Virus record (IMG/VR): IMGVR_UViG_3300042397_003635
Source of the DNA: a virus
Lineage: Duplodnaviria > Caudoviricetes
Direction: 5' to 3' (one strand)
Length of the DNA: 64,000 nucleotides
A program made the translations under genes and the position numbers. Of the stretch, positions 19,671 to 29,652 are shown piece after piece. Each line of letters opens with the position of its first letter. Position 1 is the first letter of the stretch. The notes beneath the pieces are model-generated. The model saw only the letters and a list, made by a program, of their open reading frames with translations. It did no database searches and had not been told where the DNA came from.

Positions 19671-20577
19671 TAAATCCAGCTGAAATAAGGAAAAGATCTT
19701 TGACAGTGAAGCTGGAGTCCAAAAAAATTCTTGATTCTATTTTGGCTCCACATTTAGGGCAGTCATCCTTTAAAATCTGTTTTTTAGATTTTTGGATAGC
19801 ATCTGCAAATTTAGTAATAAATGTAAATTTGTTAATATGCCAAGTCAAAGACTCTTCATTTAGTGCAGAAAACGTCTGTGGGGTAAGACTGTCCCAATCT
19901 CCAATCAAGTATGGAACTACTTTTAAGAAAGCCTTATCTATTTTTTTACCGGCTCGATTAATATCTAAGACAATATCTCTAAGTTTTTGCATTGTACCTA
20001 GAGTAGGTAAAAATAGATTAAATGAAGTATTAAGTTTTTCTGATTCTACTCGATATGCTTTAAGCTCTTCAGAATAAAAAACTTCAAGCTCTTCTGGAAA
20101 ATCAAATGCACTCAGCATTGAACTTGAAATAGGTTTTTTTTCACTGTATGGCTCGTTTTCATCGCATGCACATTCAAACTTATGAGGAATATAGTTTTCT
20201 CCATTTGGGAAAGTTAACTCTTGTATTCTAAATATAATATAGAATCTATCAATTTCCAAGATTTCTTTCCAACTCGCTGGAACTCCATCAATTGTTACAG
20301 TTGCACAACGTTCTAAAATATAGTTTAATTGGTCGTCTACTGACAATAAGTCATTTTCATCAATGGTTGACCAATGACGAATTTCTGCAACAGTGGCAGA
20401 CCTAATTGAAAGTTCAAATCCAGGAAGATAATATTTTCCCTGACTTGGTAGAAATGATAATGGAATACTCTTTAGTCCTAATTGATTTGGTACAGAGACC
20501 TCTGGTTTAACCGAAGCCGCTTTTTTGGCCTTTGGACTAGGTGCAGAATTTTCTTGTTGAATGTCTATCTCTTGCAT
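19657..20577 (-). CDS. T4 gp26-like baseplate hub subunit/chaperone
   Basis: LPSQG.YY, IRSATVAEI, IDRFYIIFRI.ELT, C-x-C and CPKCG Zn ligands. Confidence 0.7.
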   Translation of the reverse strand: MQEIDIQQENSAPSPKAKKAASVKPEVSVPNQLGLKSIPLSFLPSQGKYYLPGFELSIRSATVAEIRHWSTIDENDLLSVDDQLNYILERCATVTIDGVPASWKEILEIDRFYIIFRIQELTFPNGENYIPHKFECACDENEPYSEKKPISSSMLSAFDFPEELEVFYSEELKAYRVESEKLNTSFNLFLPTLGTMQKLRDIVLDINRAGKKIDKAFLKVVPYLIGDWDSLTPQTFSALNEESLTWHINKFTFITKFADAIQKSKKQILKDDCPKCGAKIESRIFLDSSFTVKDLFLISAGFSELV

Positions 20578-20598
20578 TGTATTAATACTTGACCTTTT

Positions 20599-21057
20599 CT
20601 AGTCTTGTATTAAAAATTGCATAAAAGTTTTTGTATGGTGAGAGCTGGCTTCGTTAACAGTCATTAGCGAAGCAGGATAAACTTCAACTTTTTTATTAGA
20701 CGCAGAGTCTCTAATAAAAGCTCTAATTACTTGGTTCTTTCTATCTAATTGAAATCCAATAAATCTTCCAAATACTTTATGAGATCCTCCCTTTTGGTGT
20801 TGAGTATTTACTTCAACGCCGCTAAGTCTTTTACCAGGTCTAAATTGATCGTTTAAGTCATTTATTAATTGATCAAATTCTGATGTTTCAACCTCTTGCG
20901 GAAGAGAAAGATCTGCTAGCGGCAAAAGTTTAATTGTAATACCTGGAGTAAAGTTTGATTGGGATGCAACAAAACCAAAATCTCCTCTTCCTTGAAATGG
21001 AATACTACTTATAAAGTTATTCTTTTGTCCATATGACATTACTGGTCTCATTAGCAA
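20599..21057 (-). CDS. hypothetical protein (152 aa)
   Basis: ORF track; overlaps the upstream gene's stop. Confidence 0.6.
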   Translation of the reverse strand: MLMRPVMSYGQKNNFISSIPFQGRGDFGFVASQSNFTPGITIKLLPLADLSLPQEVETSEFDQLINDLNDQFRPGKRLSGVEVNTQHQKGGSHKVFGRFIGFQLDRKNQVIRAFIRDSASNKKVEVYPASLMTVNEASSHHTKTFMQFLIQD

Positions 21058-21839
21058 TCACAATTATTTGGATCAACATCAGTTTTTGTCTTAATTAATA
21101 AGACACTAACTTTAACGCTGAATTTTGAACTTGGGTTTAATAAAGTTAAGGTGTTTATAATCTTAGTTGGATCAGTAGTTGCCTCTGGTGCAAAGTGCAT
21201 ATAAGCTTGTCCTATTGTAAAGTTAGATGGGCTGCTTCCACCATTTGTAAGAATCATAGAAATAGATCCAGTTAGTAGATATTCAGAAGGATTAATTTCT
21301 GCACCGTCTTCATCTAGCGTAGGGTAATTTACATAGATAATAACTCCCTTTACATAAGCTTTGTTTGGATTTAAAACTTCAACAAATGTTAAACTAACGC
21401 TTCCGCTAGTTGCAGTAGCAGGCTTAGATAAAGTTACAGCCGTTCCGCTAACTGCAGTAACAGTAGTTCCATCAGCAATTCCACTTCCAGAAACTGTACT
21501 ACCGACTCTAATTGCTGAATTAGCTGAAGCCGTAACTACAGCAGTGCTATTAAGAGTCGTTGAAGAAACCGCAGTAGTTCCACCAACTAAACTGTTAGTA
21601 AATACCGTGGCAGTTTCGCCTTGACATATTTCTAATTCCTGTTTAACATAAGAATCCGCAGGATATGCCAATTTACCAAAGTCACAAAGATCAGCTTGGC
21701 TAACATTTTTGTCTACTATTGAAAAACAGTTGTCAATAAGCCTAAGTGACTTTTTAACAGGGACTGGATCGCATAATTTAGCCATAGCCGAATTGACTCT
21801 TTTATAGCTTGGATCACCTTTAAATTTAATGTAAGACAT
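21051..21839 (-). CDS. hypothetical structural protein with an inserted beta domain
   Basis: Internal VGSTVSGSGIADGTTVTAVSGTAVTLS module typical of tail/baseplate proteins; GTAAATA at 21859-21865. Confidence 0.55.
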   Translation of the reverse strand: MSYIKFKGDPSYKRVNSAMAKLCDPVPVKKSLRLIDNCFSIVDKNVSQADLCDFGKLAYPADSYVKQELEICQGETATVFTNSLVGGTTAVSSTTLNSTAVVTASANSAIRVGSTVSGSGIADGTTVTAVSGTAVTLSKPATATSGSVSLTFVEVLNPNKAYVKGVIIYVNYPTLDEDGAEINPSEYLLTGSISMILTNGGSSPSNFTIGQAYMHFAPEATTDPTKIINTLTLLNPSSKFSVKVSVLLIKTKTDVDPNNCDC

Positions 21840-21872
21840 TAGCCGAAGTTCTTTTTATTATTTACCTTCGAT

Positions 21873-22583
21873 TTAGGAAACAATTCCTCTAGAGATTCTT
21901 TCATCTGCTGAAAGTCTTCTGGTATCTCTATCTGGAACTTCAAGTAAATCGATATGCTTTGGCTTAGTTAAATCAACTTCAATTGGTCCAGTAGATTTTT
22001 CCTGGCTCACTGGAGTCTTTTTTTTAACTTTTGGCGCTTTATTAGGAGTCTCGACTTGGACACTTTCTTGGACAGGCTGTCCAACTGGTTCCATACTCGG
22101 TTCTTCTATAATAGAATCTTCTACAATGGGTTCAGTTTGAACGGCTTCTGGGGTAGGTTTAATATAATCAACAAGAGACTTAATAAATCCTAATGCAACA
22201 ATTGGCAAAACTGCGCCTGATATAATTGCAAGAATCCTTTTTTGATAGATTAGATCTTCTTCTTGAAGTCCAAACAATTCAATCCAGCCTGTAAAATTTT
22301 CAAGATGAGAAAACGCATAATACGTATTTCCCATTGCTTGCATTGCAGTTAAAAGAATAAAGAGACCCCAAACAATACCTTTATTCATTTTTTCTAAAAT
22401 AATAAGAGATGCTAGGGATGCAGCTGCACCAACTTCAAAGCCAATTGCAAGAGAAACTGCTAGCCAAGTAGGATTTGATAATTTAAAAAAGTCGATTACG
22501 TGAATCGTAGAAATAATTGATACTAAGAGGTATAAAGTAACAAAAGAACCAATTATAAAGTAATGGGTTGCTTTATTTTTCAT
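21873..22583 (-). CDS. four-TM membrane protein with a disordered C-terminal tail
   Basis: Four hydrophobic helices in the first ~140 aa. Confidence 0.7.
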   Translation of the reverse strand: MKNKATHYFIIGSFVTLYLLVSIISTIHVIDFFKLSNPTWLAVSLAIGFEVGAAASLASLIILEKMNKGIVWGLFILLTAMQAMGNTYYAFSHLENFTGWIELFGLQEEDLIYQKRILAIISGAVLPIVALGFIKSLVDYIKPTPEAVQTEPIVEDSIIEEPSMEPVGQPVQESVQVETPNKAPKVKKKTPVSQEKSTGPIEVDLTKPKHIDLLEVPDRDTRRLSADERISRGIVS

Positions 22584-22858
22584 TATTGTGCTCCAAGTTT
22601 TTTCAATTCAGCATCAATCTCAGATTGACGTTGAACGTCTAGCATTTTTCGGTCAGTCGCCTGAATCATGCGTTTTTCTGCTTTAAGACCCTCAATTTCA
22701 AGGTCCTTTTTTGTTGCTAGCGAGTCTAGAGTAGTTAATTGCTTTTTAATTTTAGTAACTTCACGGTCTACTCCGCAAGATTTCATATAGGTTAAAATTA
22801 ATAAAAATATTACTACCTTTAATCCGTTTTTCTGTAAAAATTGTTCTACTTTATTCAT
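22583..22858 (-). CDS. small membrane-anchored coiled-coil protein (possible lipoprotein, KSC)
   Basis: N-terminal hydrophobic VVIFLLILTY, then KSCG and a coiled coil; ATAAATA at 22882-22888. Confidence 0.6.
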   Translation of the reverse strand: MNKVEQFLQKNGLKVVIFLLILTYMKSCGVDREVTKIKKQLTTLDSLATKKDLEIEGLKAEKRMIQATDRKMLDVQRQSEIDAELKKLGAQ

Positions 22859-22884
22859 AATTTAAGATTATTTGATACTATTAT

Positions 22885-23382
22885 TTATTTGGAATTTAAA
22901 GTTTGCCAAATTTGTGACCACTCTACTTGTCCAAGTGCAGGTATAAAAATTAGTGAAATTAAGAAAAATACAATAACTGGATAAATTATAATGTATAAAA
23001 TTCTTTCTAGAGAAATTTGTTTAAAATCAAATTCCATCCAAACTAAATATGCATATACGTCTGGCGTTTTAATTCTACGGAAGCCGGTTTTAACAAAATC
23101 GATAATACCAAGTCTAGTAATAGGATCGTTATAGTCAGCTAGTGATTCTTTAACTTGCATTATTTCAAATCCAGATAAATCATCAGTATTTAAAAGAACT
23201 TCTGGTTGGAGATTTTTAACATAGTATAATCGACCAAGTCTAGTTCGTCTTAGATTTAATTTGGTAAGGTCTCCGTTTTTTTCCAATTCGGATATGATTC
23301 CCAAATAACGTCTAAATATGTTTAATTCCTTAATCAAGGAGATTAACTTAGTTATAAAAACTATTGGATTTATGTATTTCAT
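22885..23382 (-). CDS. membrane protein with a C-terminal TM helix
   Basis: ILYIIIYPVIVFFLISLIFIPAL. Confidence 0.6.
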   Translation of the reverse strand: MKYINPIVFITKLISLIKELNIFRRYLGIISELEKNGDLTKLNLRRTRLGRLYYVKNLQPEVLLNTDDLSGFEIMQVKESLADYNDPITRLGIIDFVKTGFRRIKTPDVYAYLVWMEFDFKQISLERILYIIIYPVIVFFLISLIFIPALGQVEWSQIWQTLNSK

Positions 23383-24026
23383 TAGAAAAGATCCTTTATT
23401 TTTTCTACCAGTTCAGGATTACTTTCCAAAACTGAGTCTTTTAATATTTTACGTGCTTTTCTGATTTTAGTTTTAACTGTATTGAGATTCATATCGTATT
23501 TGTCTGCAATATCAGCACCCTTCATCTTATTTAGCTCCTTGTCAATTAGGATGGATTTTTCTAACGATTCTGGCATCTCTTCAATTGCAAGCATAGTTGC
23601 AGTGTAAAGATTCTCCAAAGAATTCTCCTTTTCTAAATTATCTCGACTGTCATCGACTAAAAATAGAGAATTTCCAATTTTATCAATATCAGTTGTCATT
23701 TGCTGTTTAAGTTTATGCAAATGCAATAGAGATTCATTTCTGGCAATAGTATAGATCCAAGTTGTAAATCTATATTTTGGATTATAGCTATCAAGCGATT
23801 TGAATATCTTAAAGAACGTATTGTGTAATACTTCTTCGGTTTCGTCCTTATCGTTAAAGAACTTCCAAATAAAGTATTTAAGTTTAGGTTCCATTATTCG
23901 AACTAATCGATTTCGGTCTCTTTCGGTGAAAGTTTTAGCAACAATTGCTTCGGCAAGCTGCTGCATTTCATCATTGAGGCGGCGGTTTAGATCTTCGTAA
24001 CCTGTGACCTTTTTGTTTCCTGTCAT
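23382..24026 (-). CDS. RNA polymerase sigma-70 family factor, ECF-like
   Basis: Region 2 (EEVLHNTFFKIF..LDSY...YRFTTWIYTIARN) and region 4 HTH (ADIAD...MNLNTVKTKIRKARKIL). Confidence 0.9.
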   Translation of the reverse strand: MTGNKKVTGYEDLNRRLNDEMQQLAEAIVAKTFTERDRNRLVRIMEPKLKYFIWKFFNDKDETEEVLHNTFFKIFKSLDSYNPKYRFTTWIYTIARNESLLHLHKLKQQMTTDIDKIGNSLFLVDDSRDNLEKENSLENLYTATMLAIEEMPESLEKSILIDKELNKMKGADIADKYDMNLNTVKTKIRKARKILKDSVLESNPELVEKIKDLF

Positions 24027-24066
24027 AAAAATTATTTTCTAGATAGAGTTATTGTACTTAACTAAT

Positions 24067-24768
24067 TTACCAATTAACTTTGTTATTTGCCTTCCATTCG
24101 TCATATCTTTCCGTAATTTCTATTAGAATTTTATTACGAACGATATCTGCATCTCCAAAGGTATGAATTCCCATTCCTTTGATACCCTGCATCATTTCAA
24201 TAAATTTTGGAAGTGCCACTTTGTCTCTTGATATGTCATATTGACTAACATCACCACAAATTAAGACCTTTGAATTTTTTCCCATTCGTGTAATGAATAG
24301 CATTAGTTGTCTAAAATCTGCATTTTGTGCTTCATCTAATACCATTAAGCAATTATCAAAAGTTGCGCCTCTCATATATGCAAGCGGTCTAAATTCAATA
24401 AGACCGTCCCCTTCCAATTTAATTAAGTTATCCCAACCAATAATTTTTTCAAGATTAGTTCGGTAACTTTCCATAAATGGGTCGATTTTCTCTTTAATAT
24501 CGCCAGGCAAAAATCCTAATTTTTCTCCAGACTCTTGAATTGGCTTTGATAAAATTATACGTTGAATCTTATCTTCTGTATGTAGTTTCATTGATGCATA
24601 ACATGCAACAAAGGTTTTACTGGTTCCAGCCGGTCCATGACATAGAGTAATATCATTGTTCATGATTTTATCACAATACTCCTTTTGTGAAGGTTTAAGC
24701 GAAACTTGCTTTAATAATTCTGGGATAGATTGTGTAGAGTTACCTCTTCTTTTAGTGGATTTTTGCAT
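24067..24768 (-). CDS. phoH: PhoH-family ATPase
   Basis: GPAGTSKT, LGFLPGDIKEK, PLAYMRGATF, LDEAQN, GDVSQYD. Confidence 0.96.
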   Translation of the reverse strand: MQKSTKRRGNSTQSIPELLKQVSLKPSQKEYCDKIMNNDITLCHGPAGTSKTFVACYASMKLHTEDKIQRIILSKPIQESGEKLGFLPGDIKEKIDPFMESYRTNLEKIIGWDNLIKLEGDGLIEFRPLAYMRGATFDNCLMVLDEAQNADFRQLMLFITRMGKNSKVLICGDVSQYDISRDKVALPKFIEMMQGIKGMGIHTFGDADIVRNKILIEITERYDEWKANNKVNW

Positions 24769-24771
24769 TAG

Positions 24772-25035
24772 TTAGTTTGATTTTTTAATTTCTTCAATTA
24801 GCGAAACACAGGTTTGGCACATTTCATAATCCTCAATTTTCTCAAAATGCCTTTTAGCCTTTTCGATAGCATCTTCCCATCCGTCCCTTAAAACGAATGC
24901 ATCAATTTCAGATTCTGCAACCTTAACACTAGGAAGCTCCGCAATTTCTACATCATTTTTAAGCGCATGCTGTATTGCAGCAATAGTTCTTCTAAAAATG
25001 ACGTCTCTGTCTCTAGTCAAGTCAAAATTAATCAT
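24772..25035 (-). CDS. hypothetical protein with UVR-like C-terminus
   Basis: HFEKIEDYEMCQ motif. Confidence 0.55.
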   Translation of the reverse strand: MINFDLTRDRDVIFRRTIAAIQHALKNDVEIAELPSVKVAESEIDAFVLRDGWEDAIEKAKRHFEKIEDYEMCQTCVSLIEEIKKSN

Positions 25036-25041
25036 TCGTAT

Positions 25042-27000
25042 TTAGTTTTTTTGATCTCCATAAAATCCAGCCAGTGTCTTTTTATACGAATCTAGATAAG
25101 TTTCATCAAAAACTTGACGCTGTCCAGGTTTTTTTAGTTGTGGAGTATCATTTAGATAACCTACTAAATCTGAGCTAATCTTGGTTGAGCCATCACCCTG
25201 ACTAGAATTTAAGATTTTTTCAGTTATTTCTTTTTTGTATTCCTCGCTTGTACTGTCCCAAACTTCTGTTCCTAATTCAAGAAAACTAGGAGAATCAAAG
25301 AATGCGGCAGTGTTAACACAAGTCATTGCTAAGTCATCGTTTCCACTTTGACTTCTATATGTACCATTAGTTGATCTACCAAATGATCCTAATTCCATTA
25401 CAGTTTTACTTTCGTTTGGAAGAATTTTATTAACATTAACGTGGTATTTAAATCTTTCACAAAATTTAATTTTATTGGTAACGCTTAGTTTAAGACCAGG
25501 CTTAAGTAATTTAGTTGCTTCTGTGTGTTTGGAATGAATTAGTTGTCCAGGCCAATACTGTTCGTTATTTGCAATTTTGTCCAAGATAAAATCCCCTTTA
25601 TGGTTTAATTCAATTAAGACTTTAAGATTTTCAAAATTAAAGAGTCTATAAACCAAATATTCTAAAACTTGAGCATATTCATTAATTGTTTGCTTATTAC
25701 TTCTCCAAGTTGCAACTTGCACAAGGGATAGGCAATCCATTTCGCTTTTTACTAGATTTTTAATTGGTTCCAACATTTTAACTGGAAGCGGTGCAACTTT
25801 AAATACATTAATAACTGAAAAGTCTTTTCCTGTTCCGTCTGCTGTATCGACTGAAAATACATATCGATCTGGCGAATTTCTAAAATCCTGCTCGTCCCAA
25901 TCCTTTAGATTTGGATGTACTGTAAAGTTCCCTTCCATTAAGGCAAGAACTTCCGGATCCCAATTAATATTAAGAGGCTCTTCATATTTAGTCATAATTC
26001 CAAAAATCTTTTTAAGATCTTTAGAAGAAAGCAATAATCGATCGGACGAAAAGAACTGTAGACCATATTCCTGGTTAAAGTCTTCTTCTGATCCCATGTT
26101 TGCAATAGTTTCAGCTTTCCATTTATCATCTCTACCTGGAACTTGCCACCAGTCTACTCTTAGCGGAGTATAAGTATTTAGTCCATTTACTGCATCCATA
26201 TAGATTTCATAGAATCTATTCATACCATTTGGAGTTGATGTAATAATAATCTTGGAGGTAGTTGATGCAGAAATAGTAGGGTAAATTGCTCGATAAAAGA
26301 AATCTAAGTATGCTGGTGAGATGTGAGCAAACTCATCAATGTATAGTAAGTGAATAGTAAAACCAATACCTGTATTTTTGGTTGTAGTACGTCCAATTAA
26401 TCTACAGCCATTATCGAACTTCATCGACATAACGTTATTTGAAATACAGCCAGGTTTTAGGAAAAACGGCAAATTTTCAAAAATAGATTTAATTTTATCA
26501 ACAACCTCTTTGGTTGTACTTGCAATGTTGGCTACCGCTAAAACATTTTTATCTGTATGGAAAATAAGATACCATGCAACAAATACGCCAGACATTACAG
26601 TCTTACCAATTTGACGGCTTGCCATTAAGATATTAAAGCGGTTTGCACCAAATGCCTTAATAATTTCCTCTTGGTAATCACGTAAAACAATTTGTTCTAC
26701 TCCATATTCAGTTAAAACCTGAGCATACTTATTTGCAAAGTAACCTACATCAGATTTACAGCGCTTAATTTCTTCAAGTTCTTCTGGAGTATATTCAAAA
26801 ACCAAATTTTGCTTTTTCCAGGCAGGGTCATTATCCTTAAATGGAGAATTCTTAATGGTCTTAATATCAATTAAACCATTTTCAAAGTCTAGTAGAAGTT
26901 GATCTACTTTTTTTGTAGTCCAGACTGCACTATTTTCAGTATCATCCATTCTAGATACCTGTACGCTAGTCCTTCCTCCTTTTGATAAAAAATCTTTCAT
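25042..27000 (-). CDS. terL: terminase large subunit, T4 gp17-like
   Basis: LRDYQ, ASRQIGKT (Walker A), LYIDEFA (Walker B), ITSTPNG, SVDTADG.GKDFS nuclease motif, DDLAM. Confidence 0.96.
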   Translation of the reverse strand: MKDFLSKGGRTSVQVSRMDDTENSAVWTTKKVDQLLLDFENGLIDIKTIKNSPFKDNDPAWKKQNLVFEYTPEELEEIKRCKSDVGYFANKYAQVLTEYGVEQIVLRDYQEEIIKAFGANRFNILMASRQIGKTVMSGVFVAWYLIFHTDKNVLAVANIASTTKEVVDKIKSIFENLPFFLKPGCISNNVMSMKFDNGCRLIGRTTTKNTGIGFTIHLLYIDEFAHISPAYLDFFYRAIYPTISASTTSKIIITSTPNGMNRFYEIYMDAVNGLNTYTPLRVDWWQVPGRDDKWKAETIANMGSEEDFNQEYGLQFFSSDRLLLSSKDLKKIFGIMTKYEEPLNINWDPEVLALMEGNFTVHPNLKDWDEQDFRNSPDRYVFSVDTADGTGKDFSVINVFKVAPLPVKMLEPIKNLVKSEMDCLSLVQVATWRSNKQTINEYAQVLEYLVYRLFNFENLKVLIELNHKGDFILDKIANNEQYWPGQLIHSKHTEATKLLKPGLKLSVTNKIKFCERFKYHVNVNKILPNESKTVMELGSFGRSTNGTYRSQSGNDDLAMTCVNTAAFFDSPSFLELGTEVWDSTSEEYKKEITEKILNSSQGDGSTKISSDLVGYLNDTPQLKKPGQRQVFDETYLDSYKKTLAGFYGDQKN

Positions 27001-27002
27001 AA

Positions 27003-27728
27003 TTAAATGATTTCAAAAATAGTTGAGCTTAAATCTTCATCGTCATTTTCTTTTTCAATTAAATGCTCTAAGCCCCTTTCCGTCATCAATGAATTTTTTT
27101 CATTTGGATTAGTCAGCCTATTATCAAAATCATTATTCAAACCGTCGCTCTCAATTTCTTTCATGATATTTTTAGTACCAGCCGTGATATAATAGTCTCC
27201 AGCTTGAATAGCATTTACAGAAGAGGCAGGGAGTCCAGCTTGGTCCCCCTTTGAATCAACTTCACTACGCATTTTCTTGTACGTATCCTCTAAGAACAAC
27301 ATATAGTTTGCTTGTGTTTTAGTAACTGTGGTAAGACGATCCTGCAATTGTGACATTACTTCAAATAAACGCGGATGTGCAGCACCCTGATTTATTTCTT
27401 CCATAATTCTTTCAATCGCCATCTTAATAGTTTTATGCTGAAAGAACATGGTCTCGATATTCATATTATCGAGTTCTTTCTTTTGTTTTAGGTAATCGTG
27501 TTGAGTAATTAAACCTAAATCTACATAAAATTTAAATAGGGAATCTGTAATCTCAAGAGCTTTCTTCTTGAAACCTGAACTCATTTCATCAAAATCAATA
27601 GGAGGATTTTGCTCAAGTTCATTAAAACGATCGTCGACTATATCATTTTCTGAAGTATCTCCAGAATAGGTGCTTAAAAAGCTTTCGAGTTCGTTTTTTA
27701 TTTGTGTTTTCTTCTCTTTGCTGATCAC
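27003..27728 (-). CDS. probable terminase small subunit (gp16-like)
   Basis: Immediately upstream of terL; helical with an HPRLFEVMSQL motif. Confidence 0.6.
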   Translation of the reverse strand: MISKEKKTQIKNELESFLSTYSGDTSENDIVDDRFNELEQNPPIDFDEMSSGFKKKALEITDSLFKFYVDLGLITQHDYLKQKKELDNMNIETMFFQHKTIKMAIERIMEEINQGAAHPRLFEVMSQLQDRLTTVTKTQANYMLFLEDTYKKMRSEVDSKGDQAGLPASSVNAIQAGDYYITAGTKNIMKEIESDGLNNDFDNRLTNPNEKNSLMTERGLEHLIEKENDDEDLSSTIFEII

Positions 27729-27734
27729 TGGACT

Positions 27735-27980
27735 TTAGTTTAATTTTGTCTCGTTCTTATCCAGAGCTGGGTTAGCAAATATTTTAATTTTTTTGACCGC
27801 TTCAATATTATTGTAAACTATATTATTAAGTTTAGACAAGAACGCATCAAATGATGGAGTTGTTCTTAACATATAGTTAGATACTGTTTTTTCGATAATA
27901 ACGTTTTTGTAATCAAATCCTACATATAAACGCTTTTCGTTTCTTTCAAATGTCTTTTTAAAAACTGAATCCTTATTCAT
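27735..27980 (-). CDS. hypothetical protein (81 aa)
   Basis: ORF track; tightly packed between baseplate wedge and terS. Confidence 0.55.
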   Translation of the reverse strand: MNKDSVFKKTFERNEKRLYVGFDYKNVIIEKTVSNYMLRTTPSFDAFLSKLNNIVYNNIEAVKKIKIFANPALDKNETKLN

Positions 27981-27981
27981 A

Positions 27982-29652
27982 TTATCGTTTTATTTGTGTT
28001 TCTGCCTTAAATAAAATATTAACTGCTCCTAGTGAATTTTCAGATAAACCTGCAGCATAAGTATTACCCATTCGATCTTTAAATCCACCGCGTATAATTG
28101 CAAATTCAGATTCACCAATTATAATATCATTAAATTCATCAAGACCAGCTAGTGGTAAGTTTGGAGTATTTGGACGTCCAATAACAGCTGATTCGTTTTT
28201 TTCACCAATTATTACAATACTAACTGAATCGACTCCGTCAATTTCTTCAATAAGTTTAATTAAATCACTTTTTGGAATTCTATCTTTTCTGGTATTATTA
28301 ATAAAGTATTTTCCAAGTTTATCGTAAATCTGCGTTTTGATTGAACTTCTATCAAATCCAGAATAGGTTACCAATCCAATATTAAGAACATATTTGCTTG
28401 CAACTGGGTCTAATATTCTAATTCCAGTTGAAATTAATTTGGTTCCAGATTTTTCAATATATTTTAAAATTTCATTTTTTTGGAATGCTGTCAATTTAAA
28501 CTTATCTTGAATTAGGTTAAAATAATCAGTTCCTTTTGAAAAAACTTTGGTTATGTCTGGAACTAAAAATAAATTAATCATTCGATCATCAGCTGAATCT
28601 AGAGTAACTCTAACTGAAGAAAACATCTGTAATTTTTGCATTAATACTTCATAATTATCAAGATTTACTAGTGCATAGTTTTTAGAAGTTCTAGGTGCAA
28701 TTAGACGGGTTAAGGCTAAAGATTCTGGATCAGTTCCAAAGTTTGGAGCTCCAGTTACTGAAATTGTAACAGTATCTGCTAATGAAACTTCTTCTCCAAT
28801 TGAATTAAATCCAGTATCACTAAATGACATTGAAATATCCTTTAAATTATCTAGATTAATATTACCAGCTGAACCTTCAGTTACTAAATACTCTACAATA
28901 ATTTCAGAACCTGCATTTGGAATTACGCCAAATGAATTGTTTCCGAAAAATATATCAAGACCATTTGTTATACCAGTTCTACAAACAAAGCCTTTAGCTT
29001 TTCTTGGAATATCCAATAGAGATTCGTATTTGGTCCATTTTTCTCCATTAACATATACATTAACCATAAATTGGTCAATTAAAAAGTTATTTGGAAATCC
29101 TACTTGAAAGCTTTGAAAAGCTTGACCATTTGCTGAAAACCTTTGCTGTTGTAGTCGACCTTGTCTAATAGTTAAGTTAACTCCGCCCGATCCATTTAAA
29201 TTTAATCGAATTTCGTCACTTGGTAATTCAATAACATAGTTTAGCCCATTATTTTCGCAGGCAACATTCATATAATTTGTTAAAATTAAAGTATTTCCAG
29301 GAAATTTAAGCAGATCTACGCTAGGTGCAGGCTTTACTAAAATGGTTCCAACCGATGAAATTGCACGACTTGGATTGTGTCCAGCCAATGCAGCAAGGGA
29401 ATATACAGATGAAGGTCTAGAAGCTTCATATATGTTAAGTTCAGTAATTGAATCTTCAATATAGTATAAAATAAGTTGAGTTAAATTATGTAGAACTACT
29501 AAAAGCTGCCCAAACGGCGAAGCAATAGTAAATAATTCATTTTTAGTTTTAAACTTTTCTTGTAAAAACTGCTGAGCCTCATTATAAAGCTCGCCCGCAT
29601 TAACGGATAAGCTCCTGAAGATTTTGTATGCTGGTGAAAGTGTTTCAGCCAT
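27982..29652 (-). CDS. baseplate wedge subunit, T4 gp6-like
   Basis: SVYSLA.LAGH.P.R, FFGNNSFG.IP..GS.I.VEY.VT.GSAGN, ES....R..AP, R.LVNLDNY motifs. Confidence 0.8.
   Translation of the reverse strand: MAETLSPAYKIFRSLSVNAGELYNEAQQFLQEKFKTKNELFTIASPFGQLLVVLHNLTQLILYYIEDSITELNIYEASRPSSVYSLAALAGHNPSRAISSVGTILVKPAPSVDLLKFPGNTLILTNYMNVACENNGLNYVIELPSDEIRLNLNGSGGVNLTIRQGRLQQQRFSANGQAFQSFQVGFPNNFLIDQFMVNVYVNGEKWTKYESLLDIPRKAKGFVCRTGITNGLDIFFGNNSFGVIPNAGSEIIVEYLVTEGSAGNINLDNLKDISMSFSDTGFNSIGEEVSLADTVTISVTGAPNFGTDPESLALTRLIAPRTSKNYALVNLDNYEVLMQKLQMFSSVRVTLDSADDRMINLFLVPDITKVFSKGTDYFNLIQDKFKLTAFQKNEILKYIEKSGTKLISTGIRILDPVASKYVLNIGLVTYSGFDRSSIKTQIYDKLGKYFINNTRKDRIPKSDLIKLIEEIDGVDSVSIVIIGEKNESAVIGRPNTPNLPLAGLDEFNDIIIGESEFAIIRGGFKDRMGNTYAAGLSENSLGAVNILFKAETQIKR

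Noticed and set aside
19721-19727. -1 frameshift at U UUU UUG
   Set aside because: The -1 frame hits TAG after 16 codons and does not reach the gp51-like ORF; only +1/-2 gives a fusion.
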